A stretch of DNA of 64,000 nucleotides. Source: Lentisphaerae bacterium ADurb.Bin242 (GTDB lineage: Bacteria > Verrucomicrobiota > Lentisphaeria > Victivallales > UBA1829). This document shows positions 25,515 to 36,650 of the stretch, one piece after another; position 1 is the stretch's first letter; each line of letters opens with the position of its first letter. Both the position numbers and the translations under genes were made by a program. The stretch spans positions 18,050 through 82,049 of the forward strand of contig MWCA01000004.1 of the NCBI GenBank assembly GCA_002069785.1, in the 5' to 3' direction. The notes beneath the pieces are model-generated. The model did not search any database, had not been told where the DNA came from, and saw only the letters and a list, made by a program, of their open reading frames with translations.

Positions 25515-26257
25515 CAGGTATAAATGCTTATCATGGTGATGTTGTCTTTGGCGCCGCGGTGCAGAGTCAGCCGGAGAAGAGTCTTGACCGCATTTGCGGC
25601 CGAATCCTCGTTTTCGAGCGCGTCGGAGATCTCGAAATCGCGTACATGCGATGTGAGTCCGTCGGAACAGACAAGATATCGGTCACCGCTCATGCGTTCC
25701 TCGATGGAGATTTCCGGTTCGACCTCCGAATTCGGACCGAGGGACTGGGTCAGCATCCGTCCGTACGAGGTGTCGTCAAGATATTTCGGGACGGTTTCCC
25801 CGCTCCGGACAAGATCGTTGACGATGTTGTGGTCGCAGGTCATGCGGGCAAGCGTCTCCTTGCGCAGACGGTAAATCCGGCTGTCGCCGGCATGGGCGGT
25901 CACCACGGAATCATTCAGGAAAATGAGAACGGCAATCGTCGTTCCCATGGGGCTTTTCCCTTCGTACAGGTTGTTGATCGTGAATATTTCAGTGTTGATC
26001 CGCAGGATCGTGTCCTTCAGGAAATCCTCCATGGCTTTGGAGGGATTCTGACGGGGAAGCCGGAAGAAACGCCACCCCTGGAGGAGCATTTTGAGCGCGA
26101 GATTTCCGGCAATGTCCCCGTTGTTGTTTCCGCCGATTCCGTCCGCGACCGCCGCCAGCAGGTATTGGCCGGTGCTGTCCAGCGTATACAGGAAGCTGTC
26201 TTCGTTGCGGGGGCGGAGCAACCCTTTATGGGAATCCGCGGCAATATCCAAATACAT
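25514..26257 (-). CDS. PP2C-family serine/threonine protein phosphatase
   Basis: Trimmed to MYLDIAADSHKGLLRPRNEDSF. The motifs AVADGIGG, VCSDGL and GAKDNITMI are present. The stop overlaps the start of the downstream GT-C/TPR gene by 1 nt. Confidence 0.85.
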   Translation of the reverse strand: MYLDIAADSHKGLLRPRNEDSFLYTLDSTGQYLLAAVADGIGGNNNGDIAGNLALKMLLQGWRFFRLPRQNPSKAMEDFLKDTILRINTEIFTINNLYEGKSPMGTTIAVLIFLNDSVVTAHAGDSRIYRLRKETLARMTCDHNIVNDLVRSGETVPKYLDDTSYGRMLTQSLGPNSEVEPEISIEERMSGDRYLVCSDGLTSHVRDFEISDALENEDSAANAVKTLLRLTLHRGAKDNITMISIYT

Positions 26258-26440
26258 TTCGTCGTTTTCCGACGGCTTCCGGAGGGCACCCAGAAAAATA
26301 GAACGCTCTGTCTTAGCTTTTTTCACGAACCACCTGCTTCTCTTTTCACCGTAATATAATGCTTCCGTCGATGAATTCCACCCCCTCCGGCGGATTCCCG
26401 GCGGAGAACCGGCCCGCACCCGTACAGATGGATGGAAGAA

Positions 26441-29113
<2,673 letters not shown>

Positions 29114-29157
29114 TTTGAATACTCCGTATGATCATTGGATTCATGATTTCGAAGGTG

Positions 29158-30336
29158 TCATCCGGCTTTGCGGATCACGAAAAACCAACTGTAGAGAACG
29201 AAAACGACCGTGGGCGCGAGGCCTCCGATGTAGGGAGGAACGAACCCTTGTTTTCCGAGCACCAGAAAGATTTCCGTAAGCAGTTGGTAGACAACGATCA
29301 CCACGACCGCCGTGACGATGGAAAGAAAAATGCCGCCGCGTTCGTTTTTGGCGGCGAGGGGAAGCCCGAGGAACACGCACAGGAAGCAGACGGTCGGGAA
29401 CGCCAGCCGGTAGTAAAGAATCGTCTCATACATGCCGCGGAGGGAGGGGACCATGGCGGTGTTGTCGTGAAGCATGTCGTAGATCACCCAGGAGGGAAGC
29501 TCCTCCGGCGGCTTGACGGCGTTGACGATGTCTTCGGGATATTCGGGAATGTCCTTGCTGCCGATCTTCAAGATATGGATCTTCTGCGGGTTCCCGGGCA
29601 GTTTCAGCTGATGGTGATACGGCGTCCGGACGACATTGAAAAAGCTCCATCCCTCCCCGGGCACATACTTTGCTTCCGCGGCGCGGATATCCCAGTCCAG
29701 GACTTTTTTGCCGTCCTTGTCGAAGAAATATTTTTTGAGGATGACATTGTGCTGGGTTCCGTTCTGGTCGAAGTTCTGGAAAAGCCAGTCCCGTTCCTTG
29801 TCCGGGCTCCGGTACTGAAGCATGCTGTACATGGTCTCCTCATACTTCGGATTCTTGAGCTTTTCCATGATGAGCGTGGATTTCTGTTCGGTGAAAGGAA
29901 CGAAATGCTCGTTGAACCAGAAGTTGACCAGCATGACGACGAAGCCGACACAGTAGATGGCGAATCCGCAGCGGATCAGGGAAAGACCGGAGGAGCGCAT
30001 GGCGGTGATTTCCCGGTTGCGTCCGAAGTTGGCCAGCGTATACATGCAGGCCAGCAGGACGGAGATCGGAAGGACGAAACGGATGTTGCCCGGCATCTTC
30101 AACATGAAGTAACGGAAGCTCGTCTGGAGCGTCGCCTTGTGTTCGAGGAGGTCTCCGAGATCATTGAACACGTCTCCGATGAAAAACAGGAAGATGAAGG
30201 CGAAAAGAAGGATCGAAAACGGGATCATGAACTCCCTGAAAATGTAGAAGTCAAGGGTCGGCAGAAAAAAGAAGGTCCGCGGACAGGTTTCTTTCTGCGC
30301 ATTGGATAGGGCTTGAATGGTCTTCGGCATTTTCAA
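29158..30336 (-). CDS. LptF/LptG (YjgP/YjgQ) family permease
   Basis: LDFYIFREFMIPFSILLFAFIFLFFIGDVFNDLGDLL, followed by a periplasmic insert and C-terminal TM helices. Confidence 0.85.
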   Translation of the reverse strand: MKMPKTIQALSNAQKETCPRTFFFLPTLDFYIFREFMIPFSILLFAFIFLFFIGDVFNDLGDLLEHKATLQTSFRYFMLKMPGNIRFVLPISVLLACMYTLANFGRNREITAMRSSGLSLIRCGFAIYCVGFVVMLVNFWFNEHFVPFTEQKSTLIMEKLKNPKYEETMYSMLQYRSPDKERDWLFQNFDQNGTQHNVILKKYFFDKDGKKVLDWDIRAAEAKYVPGEGWSFFNVVRTPYHHQLKLPGNPQKIHILKIGSKDIPEYPEDIVNAVKPPEELPSWVIYDMLHDNTAMVPSLRGMYETILYYRLAFPTVCFLCVFLGLPLAAKNERGGIFLSIVTAVVVIVVYQLLTEIFLVLGKQGFVPPYIGGLAPTVVFVLYSWFFVIRKAG

Positions 30337-30355
30337 CTTTCATTTTACCGGGATG

Positions 30356-31396
30356 TCAGGGAAGCTTTTCATACGCCGCCAGAATGGCGTTTTCCGTTTC
30401 CGCCCAGCCGAGGCAGGGATCGGTCAGAGAAATTCCCGGAATGATTTTTCCGGTGGAGACGATATCCTGGCGGCCGGTCTTGATGTAGCTTTCGAGCATG
30501 GCGCCGCACAGGGCGGTCTGTCCATGGGCGATCTGGGAGATCACATCCTCCAGAATTTTCGGCTGGAGAAGCGGATCGCGCAGCGAGTTCGCGTGGCTGC
30601 AATCGACCATCACCGAAGGAACGAGGTTGAGCTTTCTCATCAGTTCGACCGTGTAGGCGACGTTCTCGGAGCCGTAGTTGGGAAGGTGCTGTCCTCCGCG
30701 GAGGACCACATGGCAGCAGCAGTTGCCCTTGGTCCGGAAGACGCCGGTCCGGCCGTCGTCGATCACGCCCAGGAAAGAGTGCTTCGTGCGGGCGGTCCGG
30801 ATGGCGTCCACCGCCACATGGATGGAACCGTCCGTGGCGTTCTTGAATCCGACCGGCATGGAGAGGCCGCTTGCCAGCTGGCGATGGGTCTGCGACTCCA
30901 CCGTGCGGGCGCCGATCGCCGCCCAGGAGATGAGGTCCGCAATATACTGGGGCATGATCGGGTCCAGGAATTCGGTGGCGGCCGGGAGTTCCATCCGGGC
31001 CAGATCCAGCAGGAGTTTCCGGGCCAGCCGCATGCCCTTTTCGATGTTGAAGGACTGGTTGAGGTCGGGATCGTAAAGCAGGCCTTTCCAGCCGACGGTG
31101 GTCCGGGGTTTTTCGAAGTAGGCGCGCATCACCAGCAGGATCTTGGAGGACACCCTGGCCTGGAGTTTCTTCATGGCGGACGCATATTCCAGCGCGGCCG
31201 GAATACTGTCGACGGAACACGGTCCGGCGATCACGAGGATTCGTTTGTCCTTGCGCAGGATGATGGATTCGATTTCCTTCCGGAAACGGTAGATCGTATC
31301 TTCCTCCACGAATGTGACGGGCAGTTCTTCCTGAATTTCCTGCGGCGTCGGCAGGGGATACTGTTTTTCGATGTTGACGTTTGAAATCTTGCTCAT
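30356..31396 (-). CDS. 3-deoxy-7-phosphoheptulonate (DAHP) synthase, class I (AroF/G/H type)
   Basis: RILVIAGPCSVDSIPAALEYA...MRAYFEKPRTTVGWKGLLYDPDL...DCSHANS. Confidence 0.93.
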   Translation of the reverse strand: MSKISNVNIEKQYPLPTPQEIQEELPVTFVEEDTIYRFRKEIESIILRKDKRILVIAGPCSVDSIPAALEYASAMKKLQARVSSKILLVMRAYFEKPRTTVGWKGLLYDPDLNQSFNIEKGMRLARKLLLDLARMELPAATEFLDPIMPQYIADLISWAAIGARTVESQTHRQLASGLSMPVGFKNATDGSIHVAVDAIRTARTKHSFLGVIDDGRTGVFRTKGNCCCHVVLRGGQHLPNYGSENVAYTVELMRKLNLVPSVMVDCSHANSLRDPLLQPKILEDVISQIAHGQTALCGAMLESYIKTGRQDIVSTGKIIPGISLTDPCLGWAETENAILAAYEKLP

Positions 31397-32646
31397 GTTG
31401 AAATCACCTTTTCCAGAGAGTCAATGGGAATGGTTTGCCGGGAACCATCCGACATGGATTGCAGCACCGCGCTGCCGGATTCCAGTTCCGCGTCCCCGAC
31501 GATGAATACATTTTTCGCTTTCAGGCGGTCGGCCGAACGCATCTGCGACTTCATGCTTTTCTCCTCCGCCTCCAGCGCGACCGCGATTCCCCGGCGACGC
31601 AGCGCATCGGCCAGCTTCCGGTTGCGGACCAGCGCCTTCGCCCCCAGCGAAACCAGATAAAGGGTCGGACCGGGAACCGTCTCTTTCGGGATATTCATGG
31701 CGTCCAACACCATCAGGAGGCGTTCCATCCCGGCGGCGAAACCAACCCCGCACACGGGACGGTTGAGTCCCGGCAGATTCAGTTCATACCTTCCGCCGCC
31801 CGCGATGGCGTTCTGTCCGCCCAGTCCGGGATGGGTCAGCTCGAAAACGGTATGGACATAGTAGTCGAGTCCGCGGACCAGCCGCGGCTCCACGGTGAAA
31901 TCGATGTTCTGGTCCGTCAGGATCGAACAGACCTTGTCGAAATATTCCCGCGACGGCGCGGCGAACAGCGACGCGGCGTCGGGAGCGCCCGCAATGTGCG
32001 CCTGGCATTCCGGCTGCTTGCAGTCCAGAATCCGCCAGATGTTCCGCTCCAGACGGTTCCGGCAGTCTTCGCACAGGGAGCCGATCCGCGGCGCAAAGTA
32101 TTCGCGGAGAGCCTCTTCCGCCGGCTTCCGGTCTTCCGGGACGCCCCGTGTGTTCAGAAGAAGCTGGAAGCCGGACGCTCCGATCTCGTTCAGGAAATGG
32201 CAGAGCATGGCGATGGATTCCGCATCTAGCGCGGGAGCCACGCGGCCCACATTTTCCACGCCGATCTGGTGAAACTGGCGGCGGCGGCCCGCGGCGGGTC
32301 GTTCTCCGCGGAACATCGGGCCGATGTAGTAGACGCGGTTTTCCACTCCGTTCATGGCGTCCGTTCCGGACAGTGCGCGCATGACCCCGGCGGTTCCTTC
32401 CGGACGCAGGGTGAGGGAGCGTCCGCCGCGGTCTTCGAACGTATACATCTCCTTCTGAACCACTTCGGTATCATTTCCGAGGCCGCGCTGAAACACTTCC
32501 GTGTATTCAAAAACAGGAGTGCGGATTTCTCCATACCCATATAGGCTGAAAATACGGCGCGCGGTAGTCTCCAGAGCGAGCCATGAGACAGCTTCCTCCG
32601 GAAAGATATCGCCGGTTCCGGGCGGGGGTGCCGAATTCGTTGACAT
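31393..32646 (-). CDS. hisS: histidine--tRNA ligase
   Basis: Class II motifs are present: LRPEGTAGVMRAL, YYIGPMFRGERPAAGRRRQFHQIGVE and GGGRY. The stop forms an ATGA overlap with the DAHP synthase start. Confidence 0.95.
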   Translation of the reverse strand: MSTNSAPPPGTGDIFPEEAVSWLALETTARRIFSLYGYGEIRTPVFEYTEVFQRGLGNDTEVVQKEMYTFEDRGGRSLTLRPEGTAGVMRALSGTDAMNGVENRVYYIGPMFRGERPAAGRRRQFHQIGVENVGRVAPALDAESIAMLCHFLNEIGASGFQLLLNTRGVPEDRKPAEEALREYFAPRIGSLCEDCRNRLERNIWRILDCKQPECQAHIAGAPDAASLFAAPSREYFDKVCSILTDQNIDFTVEPRLVRGLDYYVHTVFELTHPGLGGQNAIAGGGRYELNLPGLNRPVCGVGFAAGMERLLMVLDAMNIPKETVPGPTLYLVSLGAKALVRNRKLADALRRRGIAVALEAEEKSMKSQMRSADRLKAKNVFIVGDAELESGSAVLQSMSDGSRQTIPIDSLEKVIST

Positions 32647-32788
32647 AAGACCGACTGCTTTCTAACTGATTGAAATCTGAAATCACCGTTCAAAAAAAAA
32701 CGCCCTGCGGTCAAGAAACAGCAAGGCGCGTATTCATGAAAAAATCCAACAGCAAACCGGGGTCCGAAAGGATTCCCGTCATAAGCAT

Positions 32789-33079
32789 TCAGCGGATGGC
32801 CAGTTTGGAAATGCGCTCCCTGAGTTCTTTACCCGCTCTGAACTTTACTACGATGCGCTCGGGGATCGCGACCGTGATCTCGGGTTTGTTCGGATTGCGC
32901 CCTTTCCGGCTCTTGCGGACCTTGATCTCGAAAACGCCGAAGTTCCGCAGCTCGATATTCTTTCCGGCGACCAGCTCGTCGGCGATATAGTCAAGAGTCT
33001 TCTGAACCACTACAGCCACATCGCTTTGAATCAAATTGGTATCCGCGGCGATCTTGACAACCAAATCTCTTTTCGTCAT
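32789..33079 (-). CDS. HU/IHF family DNA-binding protein
   Basis: Trimmed to MTKRDLVVKIAADTNL...ELRNFGVFEIKVRKSRKGRNPNKPEITVAIPERIVVKFRAGKEL. Confidence 0.9.
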   Translation of the reverse strand: MTKRDLVVKIAADTNLIQSDVAVVVQKTLDYIADELVAGKNIELRNFGVFEIKVRKSRKGRNPNKPEITVAIPERIVVKFRAGKELRERISKLAIR

Positions 33080-33231
33080 TTTATTACCAACTCCTTTGTG
33101 AGCACCGGAAATGAAAAAATCCGTCTCATTTCCCATACTGTTGACTTTGAATTAAAATCCTTTCCGCAAGGGCAAGGAAAATCACTTTATATACCATTTT
33201 TAAAATAGCCCGTTTTTCCGTGAATACAAAT

Positions 33232-36200
33232 TTAAAACGTTTTTTTCATGAAAATTTTTTCGAGCATCCCTTTGAGAATACGGAGTTTCGATTCCGGCGC
33301 GCAGCCGCCCGGCAGCAGGGGAATTTTCCCTTCGTGTTTCACCAGTTCCTGACCGCGCTCCATCAGGATTTTCCCCCCGGAGCAGGTGATCGAATTGACC
33401 CGGGCCTGGACCCCGATGATCCGGATCTGGGCGCAGAGGAAAAGATTTTCCGCAGGGGGCGGCAGACGGCCGAAACGATCCGACAGTTCCTTCCGAAACT
33501 CTTCCAGCAGAAACAGATCCGATGTCATTGCAAGCCGACGGTAGGCATCCAGGCGGAGCCTCGGGGAGTTGATGTATTCTTCCGGGAAGGCCGCCGGAGC
33601 TTTGCCCGGCGCCGCTTTGATGGCATAGTCCACGAAGTCCAGATAGACGTTGCATTCCCTTCGCAGCATCGTTTCCTCCCCTTTCAGCTGGGCGGTGACG
33701 GTCCGGAGCAGCTGGCAGTACAGGGTGAAACCGATCGCATTGATGTGTCCGCTCTGTTCCGCGCCGAGGATATTGCCCGCGCCCCGGATCTCCAGGTCGC
33801 GCAAGGCCAGCTTGAAGCCGGCTCCCAGATGGGTGTACTTGCGCATCGCGGTGATCCGCTTGCGGGCGTCTCCCGAAAGGATGGCGTTCCCCGGCAGCAG
33901 GAGATAGGCGTAAGCCTGTCGGCTCCAGCGGCCTACGCGTCCCCGGAGCTGATACAGCTCCGCCAGGCCGAAACGGTCCGCGCGTTCGATCAGGATGGTA
34001 TTGGCGTTGGGAATGTCCAGTCCGGACTCGATGATCGTCGTGCAGACCAGGACATCCGTTTTGCCTTCGATGAATCTTTCCATGACGTCTTCCAGCGCAT
34101 GCTCTTCCATCTGTCCGTGTCCCACTTCGATCCGGGCGGAGGGCAGAAGGACGCGCAGGCGGTCGGCGGTTTCGTCGATGGTCTGGACGCGGTTGTGGAG
34201 GTAGTAGACCTGTCCGCCGCGCTGGAGCTCCCGGGAAATGGCGGCCGTGACGATCGACTCATCATATTGGGAAACAACGGTTTGCACCGGAATCCGCTGG
34301 ACGGGGGCGCTCATGATCGTGCTGAGGTCCCGCATCCCGGACATGGAGAAATACAGGGTGCGGGGGATCGGCGTGGCCGTCATGGTCAGCACGTCCACGA
34401 GGGTCCGCAGGTTCTTGAGCTTCTCCTTGTGGATCACGCCGAACCGCTGTTCCTCGTCGATGACCACCAGTCCCAGGTCTTTGAACATGATGTCGTTCTG
34501 GAGGAGGCGGTGCGTCCCGATCACGATGTCCGCTTTTCCCTCCTTCAGCCGCCGGACGATTTCCGCCTGCTGGGCCTTGGTCTTGAAGCGGCTGAGCGTT
34601 TCGATGATCACCGGATATTCCGCGAACCGTTCCAGAAAATTGTAGTAGTGCTGCTGCGCCAGGATCGTGGTCGGGACCAGAATGGCGGCCTGACGCCCGG
34701 TCATCACGCATTTGAAGACGGCGCGCATGGCCACTTCGGTTTTGCCGTAGCCGACGTCGCCGCAGAGGAGACGGTCCATCGGACGCGGCGACTCCATATC
34801 TTTTTTGATCTCCTCGGCGGCGTGGAGCTGGTCTTTGGTTTCGGTGAACGGAAACGCCTTCTCGAAAAGATGCTGTGCCAGGTCGTCGGGAGGGAAGGTT
34901 GTGCCCTGGGCCCGGCTGCGGATCGCATGAATCCGGAGCATGTCCAGCGCCAGCGTACGCACCGATTCGGCGGCTTCCGCCTTGATCTTGCTCCACCGGG
35001 AGCCTCCGATCCGGCTGAGCTTCACCAGGCCTTTCTGCGCGCCGATGTAGCGGGAGACGCAATGCGCCTGCCAGACGGGGACGTACACGATCGAATCGTT
35101 GTCGAATTCCAGTTCGAGCGCTTCGTACGTGCTGTTTTTGTCCGTGATGGTTTTCAGTCCGCGGTAGATACAGATGCCATAGTTCAGGTGAACCGCGTGG
35201 TCGCCTTCCTCCAAGTCCGCGGAGAGGCTGTCTTCGATCGCGTCGGGAAAGGATTCCTCCGGCGGGCTGACTTCATTGACGATCGTCTTGTGGCGGGTCA
35301 GACGCCGGGGCGAGGAGAAAAGCTCATACTCCGAAAAGAAGGCCAGTTTGGGACCCGGAAGAAAAACCCCGCAGGGAATCTCCGCATGCACGCACCCCAG
35401 ATTGGGAAGGGAGGTCAGCCCTTCCTCCGCCAGCCATTCCTCCAGGCTGGCGACATCCCCTTCCGTCCGGCCCGCCACCATGATGTGATACGATTCGTCG
35501 GAAAACTGCCGGATCAGGCTGGAACTGATCTGGCGCACCAGGTCCGCCAGATTTTCCTCCGTCCCCTCCGGGATCAGTTTCAGGATGTGCTGCGCGGAAG
35601 GAAAAAGAGGGGACATCACGACCTCTTCCGGGCGATATTTGGCGCTTTCGGCTTCATCCAGAAGTTTCAGGGAATTTTTCCAGAGAGGCTCCTCTTCATG
35701 GAGGCGCATCCAGCTTTTCTGAATTTCCGTGGAAAAGAAACGCTCCAGCGTTCCGCGGCATTCTTCGGGGAAAAGGGTCACGACGCGCGGAGAATAGAAC
35801 TTGGCGTAGTCCGAAAAATTCCCCGTCTCCCGGAGGGATTCCTCTTCGCCGGAGCCGGAACGCATGATGAGCTTGCAGTCGGAAATCTCCCCCACCGAGA
35901 TCTGCGTGCGTTCCGAGAATTTCCGGATGGATTCCACCGTGTCTCCGAAAAATTCGATCCGGACCGGATAATCCAGGGCGGGCGAAAAGACATCGACCAG
36001 ACCGCCCCGCCGGGAAAATTCGCCTTTCTGGGTGACCTCCGGTTCGTCATCGTAATCCATGCCCACGAGGAGTTCCGCGAGCTTTTCCGGAGAAAGTTCC
36101 ATTCCCTTGCGGATCGTGAACTCGGAATTCCGCATCTGTTCCGGAGATGGCGCCGGAGACATTTCGGCCGCCGCGGAAACGATCAGAATTCGAGGCGGAT

Positions 36201-36522
36201 CGTTCAGGACGCGATCCAACAGCTGCGCCCGGGGGATTTCGGATTCCGCCAGCCTTTTTTCGCAGGAAGTGCCGTCGGGCAGGACCGCGGCCGAAAGCTC
36301 CAGCCCCAGAAACCTTGCCCATACTTCCATTTCGTTCCGGATCTTTTCTCCCAGGGCGAAACCGGGGACTTCCAGAAGGATTTTCTGCGGCGTCCGGGCG
36401 GAGATCGCGAGAACCAGAAGAGAAGCGATATTTTCATCCACCGATGAAATCCGTTCCTTGGACAACGGCAGGTCATTCAGCCATTTTTTCAGACTTTTTT
36501 CATAGGGGAAATGCTTGTCCAC
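33232..36522 (-). CDS. mfd: transcription-repair coupling factor
   Basis: 1096 aa. It has a CarD-like region, the helicase motifs LLCGDVGYGKTEVAMRA and VIDEEQRFG, and a TRCF C-terminal domain. The start codon at 36522 is GTG. Confidence 0.95.
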   Translation of the reverse strand: MDKHFPYEKSLKKWLNDLPLSKERISSVDENIASLLVLAISARTPQKILLEVPGFALGEKIRNEMEVWARFLGLELSAAVLPDGTSCEKRLAESEIPRAQLLDRVLNDPPRILIVSAAAEMSPAPSPEQMRNSEFTIRKGMELSPEKLAELLVGMDYDDEPEVTQKGEFSRRGGLVDVFSPALDYPVRIEFFGDTVESIRKFSERTQISVGEISDCKLIMRSGSGEEESLRETGNFSDYAKFYSPRVVTLFPEECRGTLERFFSTEIQKSWMRLHEEEPLWKNSLKLLDEAESAKYRPEEVVMSPLFPSAQHILKLIPEGTEENLADLVRQISSSLIRQFSDESYHIMVAGRTEGDVASLEEWLAEEGLTSLPNLGCVHAEIPCGVFLPGPKLAFFSEYELFSSPRRLTRHKTIVNEVSPPEESFPDAIEDSLSADLEEGDHAVHLNYGICIYRGLKTITDKNSTYEALELEFDNDSIVYVPVWQAHCVSRYIGAQKGLVKLSRIGGSRWSKIKAEAAESVRTLALDMLRIHAIRSRAQGTTFPPDDLAQHLFEKAFPFTETKDQLHAAEEIKKDMESPRPMDRLLCGDVGYGKTEVAMRAVFKCVMTGRQAAILVPTTILAQQHYYNFLERFAEYPVIIETLSRFKTKAQQAEIVRRLKEGKADIVIGTHRLLQNDIMFKDLGLVVIDEEQRFGVIHKEKLKNLRTLVDVLTMTATPIPRTLYFSMSGMRDLSTIMSAPVQRIPVQTVVSQYDESIVTAAISRELQRGGQVYYLHNRVQTIDETADRLRVLLPSARIEVGHGQMEEHALEDVMERFIEGKTDVLVCTTIIESGLDIPNANTILIERADRFGLAELYQLRGRVGRWSRQAYAYLLLPGNAILSGDARKRITAMRKYTHLGAGFKLALRDLEIRGAGNILGAEQSGHINAIGFTLYCQLLRTVTAQLKGEETMLRRECNVYLDFVDYAIKAAPGKAPAAFPEEYINSPRLRLDAYRRLAMTSDLFLLEEFRKELSDRFGRLPPPAENLFLCAQIRIIGVQARVNSITCSGGKILMERGQELVKHEGKIPLLPGGCAPESKLRILKGMLEKIFMKKTF

Positions 36523-36551
36523 TTGACAAATCCATATTTACGTGTTATAAT
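36523..36551 (+). promoter_or_regulatory. consensus sigma-70 type promoter upstream of rpoD
   Basis: TTGACA at 36523-36528, an exact 17-nt spacer, then TATAAT at 36546-36551. It lies about 100 nt upstream of the rpoD ORF start. The -35 element directly abuts the mfd GTG start on the other strand. Confidence 0.6.
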
Positions 36552-36650
36552 AACAATCTATTTTGTCACGCTTTCATGACGAGATTGTTTTTATCATTCG
36601 GGATGGTCCGCCGGGTGATAAAAATTGCAGCTTAACAATATAACGGAATC

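Noticed and set aside
33220-36447. A 1075-aa ORF on the plus strand opposite mfd.
   Set aside because: It is an antisense shadow ORF. Mfd on the minus strand has complete helicase and TRCF motifs, whereas the plus-strand product is low-complexity and rich in R, G, D and F.
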